A stretch of DNA of 32,000 nt from Alkalilimnicola ehrlichii MLHE-1 (GTDB lineage Bacteria; Pseudomonadota; Gammaproteobacteria; Nitrococcales; Halorhodospiraceae). This document shows positions 9,177 to 16,230 of the stretch, piece by piece. A program made the position numbers and the translations under genes. The DNA lies in NCBI RefSeq assembly GCF_000014785.1, contig NC_008340.1:420001-452000 (forward strand), written 5' to 3'. Numbering within the stretch: the stretch's first letter is position 1; each line of letters begins with the position of its first letter. Below the pieces are notes generated by a model. The model was not told the origin of the DNA, did no database searches, and was given only the letters and a program-made list of their open reading frames with translations.

Positions 9177-9275
9177 GCCTAACAAGTCGCTCAAGTTCGC
9201 TACGGCCCTGGCGGGCCTCCGCCGGACGGCTTTTCCGCTGCGCTCCAAAGCCGCCGCTTAGCTCAAACGTTAGCA
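9177..9275 (+). other. attC1
   Basis: GCCTAACAAGTCGCTCAAG...CGGACGGCTTTTCCGCTGCGCTCCAAAGCCGCCGCTTAGCTCAAACGTTAGCA; R'' GCCTAAC, R' GTTAGCA, classic attC fold. Confidence 0.95.
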
Positions 9276-9302
9276 ATACTCAGATTTTCAGGGAGAGTGT
9301 AA

Positions 9303-9713
9303 GTGTCTGGCCTCGTAGAAACCTTCAATATGACTTGCCAGGACGTTGCGTTACTTTGGACTTGTCCGGTTATCGCCGGAGCGGCCAGTTTGGTTAGGGG
9401 GTGGACTTCTGAGTTAGATCTAGTGAAACCCCCGGTATATGAAACCCTTAGTCCAGACGAAGAAGATAGAAAACCAAAACAAACCTCCGAAAATAAAAGA
9501 CAACGAAGCTACTGGGTAGTTGGGATGTTACTGGCCGGGGCAGGAATTGGTTTGGGCTTGGCTCTACTTTTCCTTGGGGCTATACAGCCAACAAGCAGTG
9601 CAGTTGGCAGAGTTTGGTTGCTAGCATTGGTCCTGGGCTATTCAACCCCAATAGTTCTCAAACAAATTGATGGCAAGGTCGAGAAGGCCATTGCTGAGGT
9701 CGACAAAATCTAG
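9303..9713 (+). CDS. Cassette 2: small membrane protein, 136 aa (GTG start), at least two predicted TM segments
   Basis: Hydrophobic stretches [25 protein letters not shown] and VWLLALVLGYSTPIVL; stop codon abuts attC2. Confidence 0.65.
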   Translation: MSGLVETFNMTCQDVALLWTCPVIAGAASLVRGWTSELDLVKPPVYETLSPDEEDRKPKQTSENKRQRSYWVVGMLLAGAGIGLGLALLFLGAIQPTSSAVGRVWLLALVLGYSTPIVLKQIDGKVEKAIAEVDKI

Positions 9714-9785
9714 TGCTAACAAGGTGGTCAACGGGACGCCAACTACGCTGCGCTCCGTTGGTGCCCGTTACCACTGGCGTTAGCA
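9714..9785 (+). other. attC2
   Basis: TGCTAACAAGGTGGTCAACGGGACGCCAACTACGCTGCGCTCCGTTGGTGCCCGTTACCACTGGCGTTAGCA; outer arms TGCTAAC/GTTAGCA are perfect inverted repeats. Confidence 0.95.
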
Positions 9786-9798
9786 AGAAGGAGCAAAG

Positions 9799-10680
9799 AT
9801 GGCCGTAGGAGATTGGTTCAGCACATTCTGTGGGAATATCAAGGTCAGTAATAAGGACTCAATATCAAGACGATATAAAGCTATTACAAGAAGACTGAAT
9901 ACTGATTTTTGGGATACAGTTTCTGACACTTCGCACAGTCTTTATGTCGGATCCTATGGTAGAAACACCGCCGTGGGGGGCTTTAGTGACCTTGATATGT
10001 TGTTTCGTTTGCCATATAGCGTCTACGAACGATACAACAATTATAATGGAAACGGCCAGTCTGCATTGCTCCAGGAAGTAAAGCGCTCCATAGAACGAAC
10101 CTATGCCACCACCAAGATTCGTGGTGACGGTCAAGTAATTCTGGTTCCATTTGATGATGGTCTCACTTACGAGGTTGTTCCTGCATTTGTTAATAAAGAT
10201 GATAGCTTCACCTATCCTGATGCAAATAATGGCGGCCGTTGGCGTACCACCAATCCAAAACCAGAAATTGAAGCAATCAGGACGAGGAACAACCAGTGTA
10301 ACAAAAACCTGATTTGGCTTTGTAGGATGATGCGTATTTGGAAAAGAAAATGGGATGTTCCGATAGGAGGCTTGCTGATAGACACGTTGGCCTACCAGTT
10401 TATTGAAAATTGGGAGTATAGAGATAAATCATTTGTGTACTATGATTGGATGTGTCGCGACTTTTTTAATTTTATGGCAAATCAGGATAAAACAAAGGAA
10501 TACTGGAAAGCCCCCGGTAGTGGTCAGTACGTTTATGGCAAAGATTTGTTCCAATGGAAAGCAAGACGTTGTTGCAATATCGCAATAGAGGCATGTAAGC
10601 ACGAGTCAGCAGACCCTAAACGTGAATGGTCAGCCAAACAGAGCTGGAGAGAAATTTTTGGAACCAAATTCCCAAACTAG
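9799..10680 (+). CDS. Cassette 3 gene A: SMODS / CD-NTase-family nucleotidyltransferase (293 aa)
   Basis: Pol-beta-like nucleotidyltransferase signature GSYGRNTAVGGFSDLDMLF and later TYEVVPAF; AAGGAG RBS just downstream of the attC2 junction. Confidence 0.88.
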   Translation: MAVGDWFSTFCGNIKVSNKDSISRRYKAITRRLNTDFWDTVSDTSHSLYVGSYGRNTAVGGFSDLDMLFRLPYSVYERYNNYNGNGQSALLQEVKRSIERTYATTKIRGDGQVILVPFDDGLTYEVVPAFVNKDDSFTYPDANNGGRWRTTNPKPEIEAIRTRNNQCNKNLIWLCRMMRIWKRKWDVPIGGLLIDTLAYQFIENWEYRDKSFVYYDWMCRDFFNFMANQDKTKEYWKAPGSGQYVYGKDLFQWKARRCCNIAIEACKHESADPKREWSAKQSWREIFGTKFPN

Positions 10681-11233
10681 CAATAAAGGACTGGCATACC
10701 TCGAAGAGCAGATTCGGGAGTGCTATGGCCGGGTCGTTTATTCGCATAAAACACATGAGAAATGCGCCGATATTCTTCTGAGTCGGCTTTCAAGTATAAA
10801 GATTGCACAAATTATATTGTCTGCGCTTAGTACAGCCGGTTTCGTTTCGATAATTTTTGGAACTGGGGAAGTTGGGGCGATTGCTGGCGGCTTAGTGTCG
10901 GTTGCATTACTTGTTCTGAATGGGTACACAAAAGATTACGACCTCGGTCAATTGGCGCAGAAGCATCGTCAAGCTGCTGCTGACCTCTGGCTGATTCGCG
11001 AGCAGTATCTCTCCCTTCTGACCGACTTGCGTTCCAATTCAAGCAGTGAAGATGAATTGCGAGAAAAGAGAGATGACTTATTAACCGAGTTGCATGCTCT
11101 TTATTCAGGTGCGCCCAGCACTAATTTTAAAGCATATAAAAAAGCACAAGAAGCCCTGAAGAACCTTGAAGATATGACTTTTTCCGATGAGGAAATTGAC
11201 GCATTTTTGCCAAAGAGTCTGAAAAAGTGCTAA
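10622..11233 (+). CDS. Cassette 3 gene B: SLATT-domain two-TM protein (203 aa as annotated; true start could be further downstream)
   Basis: CYGRVVYSHKTHEKCADIL...KIAQIILSALSTAGFVSIIFG...VGAIAGGLVSVALLVLNGYTKDYDLGQLAQKHRQAAADLWLIREQYLSLLTDL is SLATT-like; overlaps the nucleotidyltransferase ORF; its TAA stop is inside the attC3 R'' core. Confidence 0.82.
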   Translation: MNGQPNRAGEKFLEPNSQTSNKGLAYLEEQIRECYGRVVYSHKTHEKCADILLSRLSSIKIAQIILSALSTAGFVSIIFGTGEVGAIAGGLVSVALLVLNGYTKDYDLGQLAQKHRQAAADLWLIREQYLSLLTDLRSNSSSEDELREKRDDLLTELHALYSGAPSTNFKAYKKAQEALKNLEDMTFSDEEIDAFLPKSLKKC

Positions 11234-11297
11234 CAAGTGGCTGTTGGCGGACGTGCCTACGCTTCGCTCCAGCACGCCGCAAAGTCAAGCGTTATAG
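11228..11297 (+). other. attC3
   Basis: TGCTAACAAGTGGCTGTTGGCGGACGTGCCTACGCTTCGCTCCAGCACGCCGCAAAGTCAAGCGTTATAG; R'' TGCTAAC complements the cassette 3 5' core TTAGCA. Confidence 0.93.
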
Positions 11298-11325
11298 GTC
11301 ATCGTAGTCAAATAGGGATGTAGGC

Positions 11326-12441
11326 ATGAGGGAAGAAGAGAACGAAGAAGAAATCGATCTGCTCAGCGAGGAAGAACAGGCTGAGCGGGAAGAAAAGCTG
11401 GCGAAGCTAGAAAAAGAAAAGAAGGAGCTTTTGGCATCGTTGGCCGGAGGCGATTTCTCCACGCTGAAGACGAAAGTCGCCTATATCCTGAATTTGTACC
11501 CGCAGGCTCGCAACAGCGACATTACTCTATCAATAAAATACTGGGAAACTTTTCAGCCTGATATTTATAACGAATCGGGCATTCTCCCCAAGGACCTTTT
11601 TAAATTGGAAAGGTTGCACTACATAGTGCGCGCGAGAGCGAAAATTCAGAATGAATATGGCCTATTCACCTCTGACTCACCCGTAAAAAAATTCCGCAAG
11701 AAGCGTGAAGAGGAAATGCAGGATGAGGTTCTGAAAGACGCCAGCCCTCGGAAGGTTGTCACTGTCTTTGCCGACGAAACAGGTAAGAACCAAAACTATG
11801 TCGTTGTGGCCTCAGTCTGGGTTCTTACCGGAAGAGCGGTTTATACAATAAGCAAGAGCATCTTAGACTGGCAAAGCTCATCCCTATGGGCCAACAGAGA
11901 AATCCACTTCACAAAGTTTGGCAAAAGAGACAGTGACACGCTCGCTGAATATCTGAACATAATTCAGGCGAATCGTGAATTTTTAAGCTTTAAGGCTATA
12001 GCAGTAGAGCGCAGTCGCACAAAGCGAAAGATTGAAGCTGTTGTCGAGAAGCTGCACGAGCATATGCTCATAAATGGCGTAGAGCACGAGGTCGAACATC
12101 ATCGCATTAGCCCGCCTCAGACTATCAACGTTACTTTGGACGAAGAGCAGTCTTTAGATGCAATTACTCTCGCTGAGGTGAAACGTAGGGTTAATTCTCA
12201 TTTTGAAGACAGGTTTGGTGATGAGATGGCGATGGGCACGCTGGAATCGGTTTCTTCTCGAAAAAGCCCTATGGTGCAGCTTGCCGATCTCATCGCAGGC
12301 GCGATTAACCGAAGGCTTAACCACACCGGTGATAAAAACTACAAAGATGAGATGGCTGGCAGGGTTATTCACGCGCTAGATCTTCAGCTTGGTGAGGACG
12401 AGGTAGACGGAATTGATGTCACAACCTTATTCAAAATCTGA
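11326..12441 (+). CDS. Cassette 4: DUF3800 domain-containing protein with charged N-terminal extension (371 aa)
   Basis: VVTVFADETG and SPMVQLADLIAGAINRRLN are DUF3800-type motifs; N-terminus rich in E/K. Confidence 0.78.
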   Translation: MREEENEEEIDLLSEEEQAEREEKLAKLEKEKKELLASLAGGDFSTLKTKVAYILNLYPQARNSDITLSIKYWETFQPDIYNESGILPKDLFKLERLHYIVRARAKIQNEYGLFTSDSPVKKFRKKREEEMQDEVLKDASPRKVVTVFADETGKNQNYVVVASVWVLTGRAVYTISKSILDWQSSSLWANREIHFTKFGKRDSDTLAEYLNIIQANREFLSFKAIAVERSRTKRKIEAVVEKLHEHMLINGVEHEVEHHRISPPQTINVTLDEEQSLDAITLAEVKRRVNSHFEDRFGDEMAMGTLESVSSRKSPMVQLADLIAGAINRRLNHTGDKNYKDEMAGRVIHALDLQLGEDEVDGIDVTTLFKI

Positions 12442-12444
12442 CAC

Positions 12445-12516
12445 CTATAACCAATGCGTTAACGGGACTGGTTTTCCGCTAGCGCTCCAAACCAGCCCAT
12501 TACGCAGGCGTTGGGC
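12445..12516 (+). other. attC4
   Basis: CTATAACCAATGCGTTAACGGGACTGGTTTTCCGCTAGCGCTCCAAACCAGCCCATTACGCAGGCGTTGGGC; R'' CTATAAC complements the cassette 4 5' core TTATAG. Confidence 0.94.
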
Positions 12517-12526
12517 TTAGAAGAGC

Positions 12527-13120
12527 ATGGACATTAATATCGCTGTCGCACTTATAGCCGGATCAATCACGGCCCTCGGTTGGTTAATAAACCACATATT
12601 GAACTCACGCAGAGAAGCAATACGTGTCGAAGTTCAAGAAAATTTGAATTTCACAAAAGAGCAACTGGAAAAGCTTTACGGTCCGTTGGCATTTGTAATA
12701 CTTGAAGGTAGACGAACTTGGTCTGACCTTTTGGCGGTCCTTGGGCGGGATATTGTCTTCGATGGAGCCAGTGAGATACCAGAAGACGAGCAAGAAATTT
12801 GGAGGTTCTGGGTTGAATACGAGTTCTTGCCAAGAAATAAGAGAATTCGTGACTTGTTGGAGTTGAATGCGCACCTTATAGAAGATGATGGCATACCACA
12901 GTCCTATTCCGATTTTATTGAGCACGAAAGTTCATGGAGGCTTAGATATGCTCGGTGGGAAAAGGAGGGAGGTGAGTATCCGTGGACTTCATCTACCAAC
13001 TGGCCAGACCACTTTGAGAACGATGTTCTGAATACATTTAGCCTTTTGAAGGCGCGGCAGCATAAGCTGAGCGGGTGTATTACGAAGATCGCCCAACAAG
13101 TAGCTCCAGCGGATTCGTAA
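12527..13120 (+). CDS. Cassette 5: hypothetical N-terminally membrane-anchored protein (197 aa)
   Basis: MDINIAVALIAGSITALGWLINHIL TM segment followed by a soluble domain; ORF reads into attC5. Confidence 0.72.
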   Translation: MDINIAVALIAGSITALGWLINHILNSRREAIRVEVQENLNFTKEQLEKLYGPLAFVILEGRRTWSDLLAVLGRDIVFDGASEIPEDEQEIWRFWVEYEFLPRNKRIRDLLELNAHLIEDDGIPQSYSDFIEHESSWRLRYARWEKEGGEYPWTSSTNWPDHFENDVLNTFSLLKARQHKLSGCITKIAQQVAPADS

Positions 13121-13146
13121 ACTCGCCGCTGAGCTTGGCGTTGGGC
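13091..13146 (+). other. attC5 (short, about 56 bp)
   Basis: GCCCAACAAGTAGCTCCAGCGGATTCGTAAACTCGCCGCTGAGCTTGGCGTTGGGC; R'' GCCCAAC complements the cassette 5 5' core TTGGGC. Confidence 0.93.
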
Positions 13147-13543
13147 AACACAGGGGGCTAGGTGGATCAGAAACGCCTTCCACAACTGATAGAAGAACTT
13201 TACCGCGTCGTGGGCGAGCTGGAGGCAATGTTCCCCGGCAGGCACTTCACCCCCGATGGTCATCTGGTTGGGAGCCTTGGCGAGTGTCTGGCGGCACACC
13301 ACTACGGCTTGGAACTGCTGACAGCCTCTTCCCCGGGCGTGGATGCCATAAAAGGCGAGCTGAAGGTCGAAATCAAGGCAACCCAAGGCCAACGCGTTGC
13401 GCTTCGGAGCGGCCCGGAGCACCTGCTGGTTCTCAAACTGAATAAGCGGGGCGGGTTCTCGGAGGTCTACAATGGCCCCGGCAGACCCGTCTGGAAAGAG
13501 CTGGAGCGTAAGCCACGGCCGAGTAATGGCCAGTACCAGGTCT

Positions 13544-15465
13544 CCCAAGTTCCACACTTCAGATCGAAAACCCAAGGGGTTGTGGGACGTAAGTGCTTGA
13601 AGCGATTGATCTGCGCGGCCAGAACCAGCCAAGCCGCTGTTGTGTCACGCGAATCCTATACTGGCTATTGATTGCAGGTCTCTGGGTGGCATAATGTCAT
13701 GCCATGTACACGCGCATCACAAAGTCCGGCCCGCGCCGCTATTTGCAGTTGGTCGAGGGCTACCGAGACGCCAACGGCAAGGTTAAACAGCGTGTGGTAG
13801 CCAGCCTGGGTCGCCTTGATCAGCTTGAGGCAGCCGACCTAGAGCCGCTCATCAAGGGACTCCAACGGGCGGTGGGGCGTCCTGAATCATTGCCTGAAGC
13901 GCCTCAGTTCGAGACCGCCCGCGCCTTTGGCGATGTGTGGACCCTCCATCAGCTCTGGCAGGAGTTAGGCCTGGATGGGGCCTTGAAACGGGCTCTGCGC
14001 TCCTCCCGACGACAGTTCGATGCCGAGGCACTCATCCGAGCCATGGTTTTCAACCGCCTCGCTGAGCCGAGCAGCAAACGCGGCACGCTGGAGTGGTTGC
14101 GCGAGAGCACCAGCATGCCCGGGCTCGATGCCTCGACCGTGCACCACGAGCAACTCCTGCGTGCCATGGATGCGTTGGAGGACCACAAGGAGGCCGTGGA
14201 GCGTGCGGTAGCCGGCCAGTTGCGGCCGCTGCTTGACCAGGATCTCAGCGTCATCTTTTACGATCTCACCACGGTACGCATCCACGGCACCCATGCGATG
14301 GAAGACGATATCCGTCAGCATGGCCTCAGCAAGGACACCGCCGGTATTGGCCGCCAATTTGCGCTGGGGGTGGTCCAGACTGCCGAAGGCCTGCCGATCG
14401 CCCACGAGGTCTTCGAGGGGAATGTCGCCGAGACGCGCACCCTGGCCCCAATGATTGAACGTCTGCTGGAGCGTTTCGCGCTCGCCCGCGTGGTGGCGGT
14501 CGCCGACCGCGGCCTGCTCAGCTTCGATAACATCGACACTCTGGAGGCACTGGGCGTCGAGCAGGGGCTGGCGGTCGACTACATTCTGGCTGTACCCGCC
14601 CGGCGTTACGGGGACTTCACCGAGGTGATGGAGTCTCTGCATACGCAACTGGAAACCGCCGTCACCGAGCCTAGTCAGGACGTGGTGACCGAAACCACCT
14701 GGCAGGGCCGACGCCTGGTGGTGGCCCACAATGCCGAACGGGCCGCCGAGCAGAGCGCGCAGCGTCGGCAGACCATCGAAGAGCTTGACGCCCTTGGTGC
14801 CCAACTCGCCGAGCGACTCGATAATCAGGATGCTGGCCAGCCCGGTCGTGGGCGGCGTTCCACAGACCGTAGTGCCTACCAGCGCTTCCACAAGGCCGTG
14901 CTGGAGAGGCGCATGAGCGCGATCATCAAGGCCGATCTCGGCTCGCCGCAATTCAGCTACACCATCGATGAGCCCGCCTGGGCGGCTGCCGAACGTCTGG
15001 ACGGCAAGCTACTGCTGGTTACCAGCCTCACCGACATGGGGGCGGAAGCCGTGGTAGAGCGTTACCGCTCCCTGGCCGATATCGAGCGTGGATTCCGGGT
15101 ACTCAAGAGCGAGATTGAAATCGCGCCGGTCTACCACCGGCTGCCGGAGCGCATTCGGGCGCACGCGTTGATTTGCTTCCTCGCGCTGGTGCTCTACCGG
15201 GTCTTGCGCGGGCGCCTCAAGGCCGCCGGCAGCGCCTGCTCACCGGAAAAGCTGCTACGGAGCCTGCGGCAAATCCAGCGGCACACGGTGCGTGTGGGTA
15301 GCCGCGCCTACGAAGGGCTTACCCGACCCAACCAGGAACAGCTGGACCTTTTCGAAGCCGCCGGCGTGGAGGTTCCGAAGGCCCCTCGTTGACCGTGTTG
15401 TGGCATTTTTCGAATTCCGGGCCTAACAGGATCAGATAGTTACGGCGTTAACTGTGGAACTTGGG
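13544..15465 (+). mobile_element. Complete IS1634-family insertion sequence, 1922 bp
   Basis: 13-bp perfect terminal inverted repeats CCCAAGTTCCACA / TGTGGAACTTGGG; 6-bp target site duplication AGGTCT at 13538-13543 and 15466-15471. Confidence 0.93.
13704..15392 (+). CDS. IS1634-family transposase (562 aa)
   Basis: YTRITKSGPRRYLQLVEGYRDANGKVKQRVVASLGRL..., VVAVADRGLLSFDNIDTL, LADIERGFRVLKSEIEIAPVYHRLPERIRAHALICFLALVLYRVL. Confidence 0.93.
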   Translation: MYTRITKSGPRRYLQLVEGYRDANGKVKQRVVASLGRLDQLEAADLEPLIKGLQRAVGRPESLPEAPQFETARAFGDVWTLHQLWQELGLDGALKRALRSSRRQFDAEALIRAMVFNRLAEPSSKRGTLEWLRESTSMPGLDASTVHHEQLLRAMDALEDHKEAVERAVAGQLRPLLDQDLSVIFYDLTTVRIHGTHAMEDDIRQHGLSKDTAGIGRQFALGVVQTAEGLPIAHEVFEGNVAETRTLAPMIERLLERFALARVVAVADRGLLSFDNIDTLEALGVEQGLAVDYILAVPARRYGDFTEVMESLHTQLETAVTEPSQDVVTETTWQGRRLVVAHNAERAAEQSAQRRQTIEELDALGAQLAERLDNQDAGQPGRGRRSTDRSAYQRFHKAVLERRMSAIIKADLGSPQFSYTIDEPAWAAAERLDGKLLLVTSLTDMGAEAVVERYRSLADIERGFRVLKSEIEIAPVYHRLPERIRAHALICFLALVLYRVLRGRLKAAGSACSPEKLLRSLRQIQRHTVRVGSRAYEGLTRPNQEQLDLFEAAGVEVPKAPR

Positions 15466-15533
15466 AGGTCTCGCTGAAGCGCCTCAAGGCGGTCATGCAG
15501 CAGGTTCCGGAAGGGCAACGCCTCCCGATGCTG

Positions 15534-15605
15534 GTCCCGAACAATGCGCGCACGCCGACCGGCTTTTCCGCTGCCGGTCCCGAGCCGCTGGCTTGAACGG
15601 GCACC
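15534..15605 (+). other. Degenerate attC-like sequence at the end of cassette 6
   Basis: CCCGAACAATGCGCGC resembles an R''/L'' start, and the 15-mer CGGCTTTTCCGCTGC (15560-15574) is identical to the attC1 core at 9227-9241. No good R' site. Confidence 0.35.
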
Positions 15606-15747
15606 GGCGTCTGCCGACCACGCAAGCCCCGGCACGTTGGGGAAAACAACCCACCCGACGTTACACTAACCCGCAATCCACGGGGCGCCCTGGCTTTGCC
15701 GCGCCCGTTCCAGTGCCCAACCACAACCACCCGGGAGCCCAACCTCA

Positions 15748-16227
15748 GTGACCGCACCGACCGACCGCTTCCAACTCCGCAACCCCTGGCACTTCCTCGC
15801 TCTGGGCTTCGGCTCCGGCCTGGCGCCCAAGGCCCCCGGCACCTTCGGCACGGTGGCGGCCATCCCGGTCTACCTGCTGTTGGCGCCGCTGCCCCTGTGG
15901 GCCTATCTGCTGGCGGTGGTGGCGGTCTGCGTGGCGGGGGTCTGGATCTGCGATATCGCCGCCCACGACGTGGGCGTACACGATCACCCGGCCATTGTCT
16001 GGGACGAGATCGCCGGTTACCTGATCACTATGATCGCGGTGCCGCTGGGGCTGGTCTGGGTGGTGGCCGGGTTCGTGCTGTTCCGGTTCTTCGACATCCT
16101 CAAGCCCTGGCCCATCCGCTGGCTGGACCGCCACGTGCACGGCGGGCTGGGCATCATGGTCGATGACATCCTGGCCGGGGTGTTCGCCCTGGTGGTGCTG
16201 CACGCGCTGGTCTGGCTGGTGGGGTAG
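15748..16227 (+). CDS. pgpA: Phosphatidylglycerophosphatase A
   Basis: GFGSGLAPKAPGTFGTVAAIP, VWDEIAGYLITM, FRFFDILKPWPI motifs. Confidence 0.94.
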   Translation: MTAPTDRFQLRNPWHFLALGFGSGLAPKAPGTFGTVAAIPVYLLLAPLPLWAYLLAVVAVCVAGVWICDIAAHDVGVHDHPAIVWDEIAGYLITMIAVPLGLVWVVAGFVLFRFFDILKPWPIRWLDRHVHGGLGIMVDDILAGVFALVVLHALVWLVG

Positions 16228-16230
16228 GGC

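Larger units (their letters stand above)
13162..15596 (+). pseudogene. Cassette 6: DUF6998-like protein gene interrupted by an IS1634-family element (exonic parts 13162-13543 and 15472-15596)
   Basis: N-terminal part MDQKRLPQLIEELYRVVGELEAMFPGRHFTPDGHLVGSLGECLAAHHYGLELL...; removing IS plus one TSD copy restores ...NGQYQVSLKRLKAVMQQVPEGQRLPMLVPNNARTPTGFSAAGPEPLA* (168 aa). Confidence 0.8.
8830..15605 (+). mobile_element. Integron gene-cassette array (six cassettes: 8830-9269, 9270-9779, 9780-11291, 11292-12510, 12511-13140, 13141-~15605 with IS insertion)
   Basis: Five attC sites, small ORFs all on the + strand with short spacers, low GC relative to flanks, adjacent divergent intI. Confidence 0.93.

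Noticed and set aside
12904-13632. 242-aa minus-strand ORF across cassettes 5 and 6
   Set aside because: Runs through attC5 and is antisense to two cassette genes in the standard orientation. No domain recognised.
15420-15452. GCCTAAC...GCGTTAAC, which at first looks like an attC after the IS1634 transposase
   Set aside because: It lies inside the IS right end (IS boundary at 15465 is fixed by the inverted repeat and AGGTCT duplication), is only about 30 bp between cores and does not match the cassette 6 core TTGGGC.
15715-15743. Two GCCCAAC motifs just upstream of pgpA that match the R'' expected for cassette 6
   Set aside because: No R' partner or attC-like stem before the pgpA start at 15748, and C-rich heptamers are common by chance here. 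Kept only as a remote possibility for the distal edge.
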